From: Lobosporangium transversale
Taxonomy: Eukaryota
Length of the DNA stretch: 64,000 nt
Assembly (NCBI RefSeq): GCF_002105155.1
Contig: NW_019029009.1
Span: forward strand, 124,001-188,000
Direction of reading: 5' to 3'
Part shown: piece after piece, positions 10,572-25,708 of the stretch
Numbering within the stretch: position 1 is the first letter of the stretch
How the letters are laid out: every line of letters starts with the position of its first letter
Made by a program: the position numbers and the translations under genes
The notes under the pieces: model-generated
Seen by the model: only the letters and a program-made list of their open reading frames with translations
What the model was told of the DNA's origin: nothing
The model's database searches: none

Positions 10572-10917
10572 GATCAGGATTGAGGCAGACCGGCGGGTGC
10601 CGGCAAGCTACCGACAGCAGGTGGAATTGGCGGCTATGGAGCGCTTGGAAAGTTGCAAATTTTTGATTGAGGACTGCGGGTAAAGGATGACCTTCGCACA
10701 CAACAGGCCAAGTAGGAAGTAGAGCCGTGCCGCAGACCCGCAGGGAACCGAGGGATACTTAATACTGACGTGGTTTATGAACAGGATATCGTATTGTAGC
10801 AGTGCAACGATATGGCTACAGGATACCGATTCCAGTATGGGGGCAACCCATTTATAGAGCTAATATCTAAATAAATCCTACATGACCTCATGAGTCCTCG
10901 TTATCAAAAAAAAAAAA
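10572..10917 (+). mobile_element. Older or diverged 5'-truncated copy of the same retrotransposon (ORF end, 3' UTR, A12)
   Basis: Aligns with 10154-10513 with scattered substitutions and indels; ends ...CCTCGTTATC plus poly(A). No clear TSD. Confidence 0.9.
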
Positions 10918-11501
10918 TCGTCGGGGAGCGCAACTAGACTTATGCCGTCTATACTACGGCCCATTTTTGTGTATCGGATATCAAGTATGTTCCAGATTAA
11001 ACAGTTTTATAACTGTTGTCCGAAATAAAAAAGAGATAAAGAGAAAAGCGTAGCAGAGTCAAGACCAGGATCACTCAAGAACTTTTATGAACATGAACTC
11101 GAAGCTACAAGTCTTTCAAGTTTCATGCGAATGTCCGTTAGTAATAAAGGTCTTTTTTTTTTTTTTTTTTTTTTTTTGAAATCGCTTCATATCGTTATTA
11201 ATGCTAAGTTTAAGACTTTAGTTCTGATAGCACTCAAGAAAAAAAAGAGAAACTGCACTTCATCAACCACGCTATTGTAGCACAATAAGAAAGATACGAT
11301 GTATATGTATTTCTTTAATAATATATTATATGTGTAATAATAATAAAAATGCTAGAGGGTGCTAGTGAGACTAAAAGTGGAATCTCTTTTTTCTAGAAGT
11401 AGTTTTATTTTCTTATTGCTTTAATCGTAACAGTAAAAAAGAATGATGCAAAATGCTTTTTTTTTTTTTTTTTTTTTTTTTTGTTTTTTGTTTTTTTTGT
11501 A

Positions 11502-13395
11502 TTAAATCGAAATGGTCTTAAAGATATTGAACCCTGATGCTGCTGTCGAGATAACACATCCAGAGATTTGCTTGTGCCAATGCAGCTCCTTAATATCCTG
11601 CTGCCCCTGATGCACAAACATCAATTGAGGTGGGACCTCAATTCCGGCCTCATTGGCAATCGCCTTTTGACTTGTTCCATTAAGCGTCTCTTCAGCATCG
11701 TGTTCTACAGAGAAGTCCCACAATGTGATCTGATCGTCTGCACCTGCAACGCCAAGAACCGATTCATCACTAGGGTGCCATTCGATTGAGGTAATAGGAG
11801 CCTGGTGCCACTTGAATGTAGCAATAGGTGTGGGGTTCACAGCACCCTGTGACCACTGACGGAGATCCCAAACACTGAATACACCCTCATCCGATCCAGA
11901 AGCCAACATATAAGGTAATTTCCTATTTAAAGAGGGAATAAGCGATATAGATTTTATAATTCAGTTAGTGTCACGAAACATTCAAATACTATGACCAAGA
12001 TTTTTCTTGTTTTGAATTGTAAAACAGCAGGGTATGTAACACACCTGTTCCAGCTGATGACATTGACGTCCGAATTGTGGACCTTGGCCGTAATTCCTGC
12101 ACGCTTCTTGGAGCGGATATCCCAAATCCTGACAGTATGATCTGCAGAGCATGATGCAAAGACACCCTTCTCGGAAGGGGACCATTGTAAATCCTCAACT
12201 GAACTTTGATGGCCAACAAAGGGCACGCGATCGGGTGTTACAGCACCTGTAGAAGCATTCAAAGTTGTCATATAGATCTTTCCATTCAAGTCGCCTGTCA
12301 ATAAACGTCCAGGAACAGTCTCCGACCAATCCATAGCAAAACCTTCACATCGCCCGTGGGACTCAATGGTATAAATAGGCTTTTTAGCCGACTCGGGAAT
12401 CACGCTTCCTGGCTGGTCTAAAGAGCGGATATGGGGTGCCAAGTCCCAGAGGTGAACCTTGCCTGTATCAGCCCAAGTAGAGGCAATTTGTTTATCTCGC
12501 TGAGGCATGGCCTATAAAAAGAGAGGAAAAAAAAGGAAAGACATCTTGAGTCAGCATCTACTTTGGAAACTCTCTACATTGAGAAAAGACCAACATTACA
12601 TATTGAGGCATTAAAAAAAAAAAAAAAAAAAAAAAAAAAGTTCCTCTTACTCTAATACGGTTGACACCACCCATGTGCTTCATGCTCTTGTATTCCAAGA
12701 CAGGATCTTCATCCACATCATCATCGTCGCTGTCATCCTCACTGAGATTTCCATCATCATTCTTGGTCTTCGCCAGTTGTGACATCTTCATGACCAGGAC
12801 TTCATTGTTATGAGCCATATCCGCTTGCGTGCCTGTCACTACATAGGCTGTAGCAGGGAAAGTGCAGCGCTCATCACCCAATTGGTCCCAAAGAATGTCG
12901 AAGCTCAGGCAGGGCCATTTTACGTTCATACTGTGCAACATCTCATATGCAGATTGGTCAGCCTCTAACACTTCATCCTTCTCAAGAGTTTGGCCAGGCA
13001 AATAGACACGAACTTCCTTATCATCCTCTTCTTTATCCTGTTCCATTGCCTGGTCTACATCCATACCTACAGGAAAGAAAAAACGATATTCAAATGTTAG
13101 GCACCAAGCGATTTTGTAATTGATAGATAGTCAGTCAGCTCAATTGGACTTTTTCAGTATGATCAAAAAAAGATAAAGACGATTTTTTTTCTATATGTAG
13201 AGTTCTGGTTATTATACCTTCGTCATCGTCATCATCATTCTCAACAATGACCTCCTGGTCACTTTCGACCTCGTCTTCCCAAGGATCTTCAAATTCACCC
13301 ATGCCCTCGTCTTCGACCGTTGTGCGATCTCCAACATTAACAGAGGACTTTGCCTCACGCATGTCCTCATCATGGTCCTGAGCTCTCTTCGACAT
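11502..13395 (-). CDS. RRB1: Ribosome assembly protein Rrb1/GRWD1 (acidic N-terminus, CAF1C_H4-bd-like region, WD40 repeats)
   Basis: Four ORF segments with SAYEMLHSMNVKWPCLSFD, GHQSSVEDLQWSPSE and EVPPQLMFVHQGQQDIKELHWH. Confidence 0.93.
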
Positions 13396-13644
13396 TATAT
13401 ATGGCAGTTATAACAAAAATACAACAAGGCTAAAAAAAAAGGTATAATGTTGACAGAATTGTCGATTCGAGAGAGAGAGGGAGGGGAGGTCAAAAAGCTC
13501 AACAGGCTACAAAAAAAAAAAAAAAAATTGTTTATTCAAGGCAATTTTTGTGACTGCGATCTTTTCCTTATCACTTCTCTTCCTTTGTTGGCCAGATCTG
13601 CTCAACTCTTGCATCGTTTTTTTTTTTTACCATTGTTTAAAGCT

Positions 13645-17499
<3,855 letters not shown>

Positions 17500-17563
17500 G
17501 CTAGCTATATCCACAAAATCTTGCTACATGTAAAACAATACATGCACGAGAACATTTTTCTTC

Positions 17564-18927
17564 TTAGTCCAAAGGGGTCATTCTAAGGAGTGGAAATCCA
17601 TTAAAGAATACAGGGCTATCGGCTTGGTGTCTACTCGTGTTCTTTTGGGCCTCACTCATGAAAAACTCTCCAATTTCAAACTCACTAGGATTGGGACTTT
17701 GTGCCAAAAGTAGAAACCTGTCGTCTTGCTCATACTCGTCACCATCACTGCTATCGTCGTCACCATCCTCATCATGCTCCATTTCTGCCTTTACTGTTTC
17801 TTTGTCTTTGACCACGCCGCCTATTAATGTCTCTGTCTTTGGTATGACACCACCACCTTGTGCACTAGCCCCACCATCATCATCATCACTTGATAAGGAT
17901 CGTGATGTATCCGAGCATTGTGAGGTACAATATTTAGGCTTGGGAAACATGATGTGGCCGTTAGAATGACGAGCCAAAATATCATGGAGCACATGTGTTT
18001 GTGGAGAGGTTACATTAAAAATCGAGAAACCGCCTTTCGATCCTGTTGGGGAGGGAGCTGTAGAGTAAGAGCAGGAAGAGGAAGAGGAGGAATAAGAAGA
18101 AGAGGAGGAGTTTTGAATGAAGTAATAAGGGGAGGTTTGTGATCCCGAGACTGAGGTATATGTACTTAATGTGTCTTTTGTTTTTGTATTATTGTTATTA
18201 TCCTTATCGCCGTTATCGCTATCATGGTTATTACCGCCATCGTCACCATTTAATGAATGAGTCGTATCTGTACGGGTAACTGCTGTAGTAGCCTCGGTAG
18301 TATCAGGTGTATCGACAGTACTAGAGTGACATTTTTTAGAAGGCTTGTGCCCTTTTTTGTACTGAACATCAATGGTGGTGCCTTTTGAGCCAGTTGATGG
18401 TGGATAAGGTGTTAAGGGAGTAGTGCTGGGTGCTTGATGAGGCCTATCATGCTCACAAAGCCGAGGACTGTCGCTGCCCTCCTTTCGATTGCTCATACAC
18501 TTAATTCTCTCGTCATTGCCCGAAAGATAAACCTGTTGATTCGTATCCAGATTATTAGGTGGAGGGATAGGGATAATGTGAGAGATGGACTGAGACCCAA
18601 CTCCATGGTGCTCACCCAGCTGGTGACAGTTGGAGCTCTCATCAGTTTTATGCATATCTTCCAGATTCCATTGAGCTAGCTTGATGTCTAGCGCTGGAGG
18701 CCAAATCCGGTCAACGGAGCGGTGATGGTGACGGTCAGTCGGGATACGCGAAGCTGACTCTTCAAGCTATGTTGTAGTGTTACGAAGATCCGATATTCCG
18801 ATATTGAAGTCGGATGAAAACATGAGAAAATTGACCGTTTACGAATCGAATCTTATACCCATATTCTTAATTTGATTACCTTGTGATTTTGTAGTGGCTG
18901 TTGACTAGCATGAGTTGGGAGAGGCAT
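17564..18927 (-). CDS. Hypothetical low-complexity protein, two exons
   Basis: The 363-aa ORF extends upstream in frame to a TAG acceptor near 18767; a phase-0 first exon 18927-18880 (MPLPTHASQQPLQNHK|gtaatc) fits. Confidence 0.6.
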
Positions 18928-19294
18928 GGTATCTAGGGTCTGGACGGAGAATCATAAAATGTGACGTGACTGAGTGAAAAATTGATCGAGGGAAAGAGAG
19001 AAGGGAGAAAAGGAGAAAGAGAAGGGAGAAAGAGAAGGAGAAGGAAAAAGTTTTTTATTGTGTGACCCCAGTTGTTTTAGACCCTCTCATTTATTCCATT
19101 TATGCATTACTTCAACAAAAGCTCATGTACAAACACGTACATGTACATGATGTACATAAATTGTTTCTACTTTTTACAAGTTAAACATTGAAGTAAAAAA
19201 TGGGGTCTGTAGATCTGTTTTGACCAGCTCCTTCTCTCTTCTGTTTCTATGCTTTTCTTGCTCAGAAGCAAACTTAAGAGGAGCCATTGCTTTA

Positions 19295-21113
19295 TTAATC
19301 TAGAATGACGACATCAAATGTTTCACCATCCACTACAATAGTTTCATCCAAATCTACAGCTTGGGCTTGTGAAGTACCATCACCAACGCCATCTGTTGAG
19401 GGGTGAGCAGTTGCTTCCAGGGACAACTTCTTCAACGGTGCATCCGAGACATTAATAGAGCCTACAATCTCATCGTATTTCCTCTTCTTATTGTCATCTG
19501 TCATTAGCACATCAGGGTCTTGCTGATGCTCATGTGCTGCTGCTGCTGCTTCCGAAGCCTCCAATTCTTTTCGCTGTTGCCTGATGAGACTTTGCTGCTT
19601 TAGTGCTTCCTCAACATCTCCTTCAATCTCATAGCTCTTCTCACCCAGATCCGTTGCATCCCTATGGTTATTTAAGAAAGACACGTTGTTGGTCAAAATT
19701 ACATCCTATGAAAAGTTCTTAGTTTTATGACATGAAAATTGATATTTTAACTTACATATGCTTCAGATAAACAATAATTTTGCGGTCTTCTTCATCCACG
19801 ATATCCACAAACTTGCCATCCGTAATTTGCAAGCTCTCTAGTGTCTTTGCCACATTGTCATCAAAATCAGGATCGTAGATAACCCTGTATTTGTTTTGAT
19901 AACATATATTGTATTAGAACGAAAGAAATTCATCCTCAGTGTCCATTGCTGATAGTCAACATAGCAAGAAACCTCTGTTATTACTCACCGTCCATTCTCT
20001 TGGATCTCAAGTTCTACCAAAGAGTTTGATTCGAGGAGATCAATTAAATCCTGAACTGTACTCTTACTAGTATCGATCTTGAGTACAATATAAGAATTTC
20101 TACAAATGTAGCATTTAGGATTGGGCTTCGCTAAAGGTTCAGACACAATCAACTGTGGCCGATGGCGCCCATATACCAAGTAGCTCTATAAAGAAGTAGA
20201 AAATCAATAGAAAACTCTACTATCAGTACCCAGTTGTCTTGTATGCTATTATGGTTCCGTCATAAAAGGTGGCAGGTCCTTACTGTTTTGCAATCAGCCA
20301 GTCGCTTGTTAAGGATCTTGAAGGCTAACATTACCATCATGCCTGCAATGATCGCGTTCGTAGTAGCAATAGCCGGGATGATGTTTCCGGCCATAGCTTT
20401 AATAATATAATGAAGATAATCGGGTATGAGAAAACTCATTCCAAAAGATCATTGTTTTTCAACAGATTTAGATGCGGATAGGGTATATATTATTACCTTT
20501 GACTTGAAACCGACTCTTCTCTTCAATTCCATAGACATGCGCGCGAAGGTTAGATGTCGCCGTAACAAAGTCTAGGGCCTCTGGATCATCCTTATCAAAG
20601 TGCACGCTTGCCTCCGGATCTGTCGCCCTCATTTCCTTTAATCTAGCAGTCAGTTTATTCAAGCTATGGGGCCAAATAATGTGCCACATGTTGAAAGGCA
20701 TCAGTATTCAGATGAATATATGCAACATGGCTATCAGCATAGAGTGCTATTTCCTGTTGGAGAAAAAATGATTTGGGTATTACCTATCACTGAAGACTTG
20801 AGCTGTTTCCGCAAGAGTCCATACACGTTGGTCCTTCAATGTGGTTGTCTCTGTTTCTATGTCCATGGGAGTCGGCTGGTTATCGGATTGACTTACAACA
20901 TCATCGTACTTTAAAGGGATTGGTGGCTTCCTGTTCTTCCACATGTCTTCCATACCCCTGAGGCGTTGGATATCAGTATAAAAAACTTTATCAAACACAC
21001 GTTGGGCGAACCCTTCTGTACCAGCAGACTCTAGAATAGCTTTGAGCGCCTGCGACTCTGCGGCCAATGCTGCAAGCTCCTTTGCTAGATGGTTAAGTGG
21101 CAAAGTATGGGTC

Positions 21114-21160
<47 letters not shown>

Positions 21161-22183
21161 GAATTCCACGATTTCATGCAAATCTTAAATATACTCACCT
21201 GTTTCATCATCATTGCTATCTTCTTTTGAAAGCACTTCATCATCATCATCCTCAGCATTTCCAAAGAGCAAGTTGAAGAGATAGCTCTTTGCCCAGACAA
21301 TACAATGAATAGGCGTACTTGGTGTGCTTCTGATCGTACATACAGGGAATGTTTTTGGAGTCTCTTTTGGCTGGCAATCAAAGCATTCTGTCTCATCCTT
21401 CTGAATAACAGTGACCTGACCAAGATATCCTGCTGTTCCTGACTCGACTAGTGGTACATTGGCCGCCAAGCACATTTTATTGACATGTCTCCGTGCATCT
21501 ATTTTTTTTTTTTTTTTTTTTTTTTTTTACATATGAGTTTCTAGTATTTCAATCATGGTCTTACTGTAAAGGAACAAAATCCCGTCATTCCATATTACCC
21601 AGATTGTCCAGTGCGTTCATAACCAAGTCAAAGCTCTTGAACCAGTCCACAGAAAACTCCTGGTCTTTAATGTTTTGATGACGCGAGACAATATTAACGT
21701 TTGGGTTGAATGTTAAGGCTGATGCTCTTGCGATCTAGTATTAAAAAAAGTTTTGTTTTCTGCGATCAATGTCCCAAGCTATCGTTTGAGGTAAGTGCTT
21801 AATACACTTTTCCTTTTTGAATCCTAACTTACATGTGCCTTTGACTTCTTGATATGCTGTTTTTGAAAGAGAAACTGTCTGTTCAAATTTGAGAGATCGA
21901 TAGTATCCAAGTCAACCTAAAAAGAAAAAGGCATGGAAATATATATCCTACCGTCATTAACATCCGATTTTCCGAAAGATGACATTATTATTTTCCGTCC
22001 GCCCTGTTGGTGAAAGTTGTATTGTGTTGTTACCACTTCAATCTCCTTAAATCCACTCATAACGAGGTTTTTTAATAATTCGCATCCAATACCTCCAGCG
22101 CCAACCATCAGCACTTTAGCTTTTGAAATGGTGCTGGCAAGGGGCCTTCCAATGGTTGCCTCCAGATGAGTTTCGCGCGGCAT
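19295..22183 (-). CDS. UBA2: SUMO-activating enzyme E1 catalytic subunit
   Basis: [47 protein letters not shown] (catalytic Cys), [13 protein letters not shown] across several exons. Confidence 0.95.
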
Positions 22184-23032
22184 GGTGCTTCTCCTGATGT
22201 GCTGATTGTTGGTGTTTGAAAATAGATTTCGCTTCGCCCTCCATTCCCCCTTGGTCGCACACGCATGAGGTGGCTTACAGCGTCATGTGATGTAAGACAA
22301 GCATATACGCCACCAACTGTGCGTCGGGTTGATCTGTCTGGAACTGTTATCAAAACTGGTGAGGAGGGAAGGTGCCCTTATTAGACATAGAAAAAGATAT
22401 CGCGTAAGGGAAGAGCAACAGCATGTTACATCCCAAGATAATGAAGTGCCTATCAGGATTAATCGACAGTTCATCATGACTTTTTTTTTGCAGTCCAAAT
22501 TGTCTAGTGTTTGACACCGCCTTTGGTGCTGCGGAGCATTTGTAGAATAGCAACCGGTTTGTAGGCTCTACGACCTTGGATTTACGAGGCTAACGTATTC
22601 AATGCCAAGGCCAATCAATGTCCGTGCTAACAGTAGGAGGCTCAAAAAAAAGTCTCTTAAGGTGACAATACTTTTAGCCCAATGTTTTGACACAATTCGC
22701 GTTCATACTCTGCTCGGGCCGAGACAGCAGTGCAAAGCTTGAACATATCGCACCAGATGGCCTCTCTAAATGAAAGATACAATCTGCTATCATGTGAACG
22801 GTGCCCAAGCCATCATCTCTTTCAATTCAAGTCCTTCTTTAGCTTGCTGATCCAAAGGTCTTTTCTCTCAAAAGGAGATGCGTAAAAAGAGTAGAAATAA
22901 GGTTTTGATCGAACCGAAGTTCAATTGGTTTATAACTTGTTTTTTACTTCTTTCCTTTCACTTTCTACTCCTTGTCCCTTTCACATTCCATTCTACCACC
23001 CACCCTTTTTCACCTGAATTTTTTTCTGTCAA

Positions 23033-23657
23033 ATGGCCCCACATCACATTGAACATCTTAATGACTGGATGTCTCAAATGAATGCGATTTCAAATCGCAC
23101 AGACGAGGATGGTCCTTACTTCTTGCAGGAGTGTTTTAGTCGTAGTAAAGTCGTTGATGCTGACGAGGATTCAGCTGTATTCGAATACACTGTTCAGAAA
23201 TCTGATTGCAACATATCCAACAACTTTCATGGTGGAGCGATCGCCGCCCTGGTCGATAATCTGACCAGTGCTGTCATGTTTACTAGAGAGCGTAAGATCA
23301 ACTATCCAGCTTTTTTCTTTTTTATTTCTTTAGTGACTGATAGCATACAGAAACATATTTCTTATCAAATGGCTATTGTACATTCCATAAAAACAATAAA
23401 ATAAAATAATAAAATATCTCATAACAGGCAAGTATTTCCAACTTGCAGGCGTCTCAACCGATCTACATGTCACCTACGTCTCGGCCGCACCACTCGGTAC
23501 TACTGTCTTGGTCGAATGTAAAGTCAACAAGGTCGGCTCTGCCTTGGCCAATACAACCGCTGTTTTGAGGGAAAAGGATTCAGGCAGAATCATAGCCACT
23601 GCTACACACACCAAGTTCAACACTGACTCTAGAATTGGAGGAGGATCAAAGCTTTAG
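23033..23657 (+). CDS. Hotdog-fold acyl-CoA thioesterase (PaaI/ACOT13-like)
   Basis: NNFHGGAIAALVD in exon 1; exon 2 (from about 23428) gives GVSTDLHVTYVSAAPLG...IIATATHTKF. Confidence 0.9.
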
Positions 23658-24039
23658 ATTCTACACTACAGAATAAATCTCTACAAGGGCTATTCTAGAC
23701 TCTGAAAAAGGGACATTCCCTTGTCATTTTAGTAATCAGTTAATCCTTAATTCAGTTTATGGAATTCCCATATCCTGGAGAAATGATCAACTAAAATTGA
23801 ATGTTAATTTTGATCAACTTGACTCGTTCTCGGAGAGAGCACGGGTTGGGTTTACCCATTTTTCTAATGTGAGAGGGATTTTTTTAAATTAAAAGATTGT
23901 TTATTTACTTTACAAGTGCTTTAAACCCCCACTCTCCACCCTTGCTATTCTTTTTCCTTCTTTGATGCTCTCTCTCTATAAGTGAGGGGATGTATCCTAT
24001 GTATGTCGATCCAGCTTTGCAAGGGTATATATAATTCGA

Positions 24040-24071
<32 letters not shown>

Positions 24072-24141
24072 CTATCCTCTGCTTGGAACGTCCTGCATTC
24101 CTGATGTCGGCTTTTTTTCTTCCTCTCTTCTTTCCTCTCTT

Positions 24142-25327
24142 TTAAGCCTTGACATTGTAGGTCCAGTTGACCTGACCATCGTGGGCAACACCCCAGCGCT
24201 GGTACAAGTTCTTGGCACGAACATAGGGAGTCAAGCGAGTGTACTGTTCCCTCAACTGGCGAGCAATCTCGTCACGCTCAGGAGAGTTCTGGCCATTGAT
24301 GTTGCTGACCCAGGCACGTGTAACGGCCTCGAATCTGGCCTCCAAGTCATGACGCTCCTTGAGCAACTCAGCCTTCTTGACCTCATCCTTCATTGGGGCG
24401 TTCTCGCCAGGGGCGGCAGGGACGTATTGGTAAGTCCAGTCATCGAGACCGTCGTAGTGAGTGATGGGAAGACGCTCACGAGGAATGACCTTGTGCAACT
24501 CTGCATTGTTACGGGTGAAGACGAACTTGGAGGCGACAACGGGGTCGAGCAAGGGCTGGATCAACTTCCAGAGACCCCAGAAGACGAAAGGAGCGCGGTG
24601 GACAACGCAGACTCCCAAGGTCTCGGGATAGTAAGATTCGAAGCACTGAACAAACAGGCGGACGAAACCCCAGTCCATGTTGTCAAGACCAAAGTTGGAG
24701 AGATCGAAAATGACAATGACAGTCTCTGCACTGGGTCCAAGGAGCAGACGACCGCACTCCATGGTCTATTTTTAAGAGCAAGTAATACAAAGAGCTGTTT
24801 AGAACTTATTCTTCGGATGTAAAGAAAAAAATAAAAAGAGTCAATTTCGTAAACTTACGTAGAGAGTGAAGCGATGGATGGTCTCTGCGGGCTGATCGTT
24901 CTTGTGGTGGAGACGAGTGTTAACGACAGACATGGGGCGGTTGAGGGGATCAGCACCACGGAGGTAGCCCTTTCCGAGACGCATCTGCTCAATGAACTTG
25001 GGGTACTTCTGGTCCAACTCCTCGTCAGAGAGCTCGATCAACTCATCGATGCGCTCAGCAATGCGCCACTTCAAAGCATTCAACATCATCTTCAAGGCAT
25101 CATCCAAGTTCCACTTGCGAGCGCGAATGAACTATTGAAACGTGAAATTGAAGTCGGAGGCGCAATGTCCAATTGTTGTTGAAGACGTTTGTGTAATAAA
25201 TAAAGTCGCCGAAATTATTTATGCACAGGAGGAAAAAAAAATGAAATATGTAAAAAAAATGACAAAGGAGAGTTTACGTTTAACAAAAGGCTCTCATAAA
25301 CTTTAAAATGATAATCTGCATAAACTG

Positions 25328-25358
<31 letters not shown>

Positions 25359-25708
25359 TTCAAGATGAGCAAGTCAGGGTGGTCCATCATGACTACCTTC
25401 CAGAGGGCCGTCCTGATGTCTTCACCAGTGAAGCGAGGAGCGGGAGCCTCCTTGGCGGCCTCAGCAGCGGGAGCAGCACTCTTGCCGCGGCCGAACCAGC
25501 CAGACTTCTTCTCAGGGGCAGGGGCGGCAGCATCCTCATCGCGAGCCTGACCCTTGAAGGAGGAAGGGGCAGTTTGATCGAATTGGACCTTGCCATCAAT
25601 GATGTCAAAGATACGAACCCAGAATTGCTGGAGCTTCTCAGTCTGCTCAGGGGTCAGGTGGCCGAGACGGCCTTCAGTAGGGGCAACGGGCTGAACGTAG
25701 GTGGACAT
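24142..25708 (-). CDS. CRAL-TRIO/Sec14-family phosphatidylinositol transfer protein (Csr1-like)
   Basis: GHLTPEQ, DHPDLLILKFIRARKW, IFDLSNFGLDNMDW, CFESYYPETLG, PLLDPVVASKFVF. Strong codon bias. Confidence 0.9.

Larger units (their letters stand above)
8110..10997 (+). ncRNA. Candidate spliced-leader/snRNA-like RNA gene, split by three retrotransposon insertions (parts 8110-8162, 10558-10571, 10918-10997)
   Basis: Rebuilt empty site has AG|GTAAGT inside a 5' hairpin, a GGGTC(C)GTGG/CTACGGCCC closing helix with internal hairpins, ATTTTTG at 10963-10969 and a 3' hairpin at 10973-10997. Folded by eye; ends approximate. Confidence 0.4.

Noticed and set aside
8149..10963. Rebuilt target read as a tRNA, 5S rRNA or Y RNA (74-nt closed domain, bulged-C helix, TAGAC/GTCTA arm, trailing T5)
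   Set aside because: No GTTC T-loop or credible anticodon arm, and similarity to 5S stops after GGCCATA. The Y-RNA-like bulged helix remains a weak alternative but does not explain the donor-containing 5' hairpin or the 3' hairpin.
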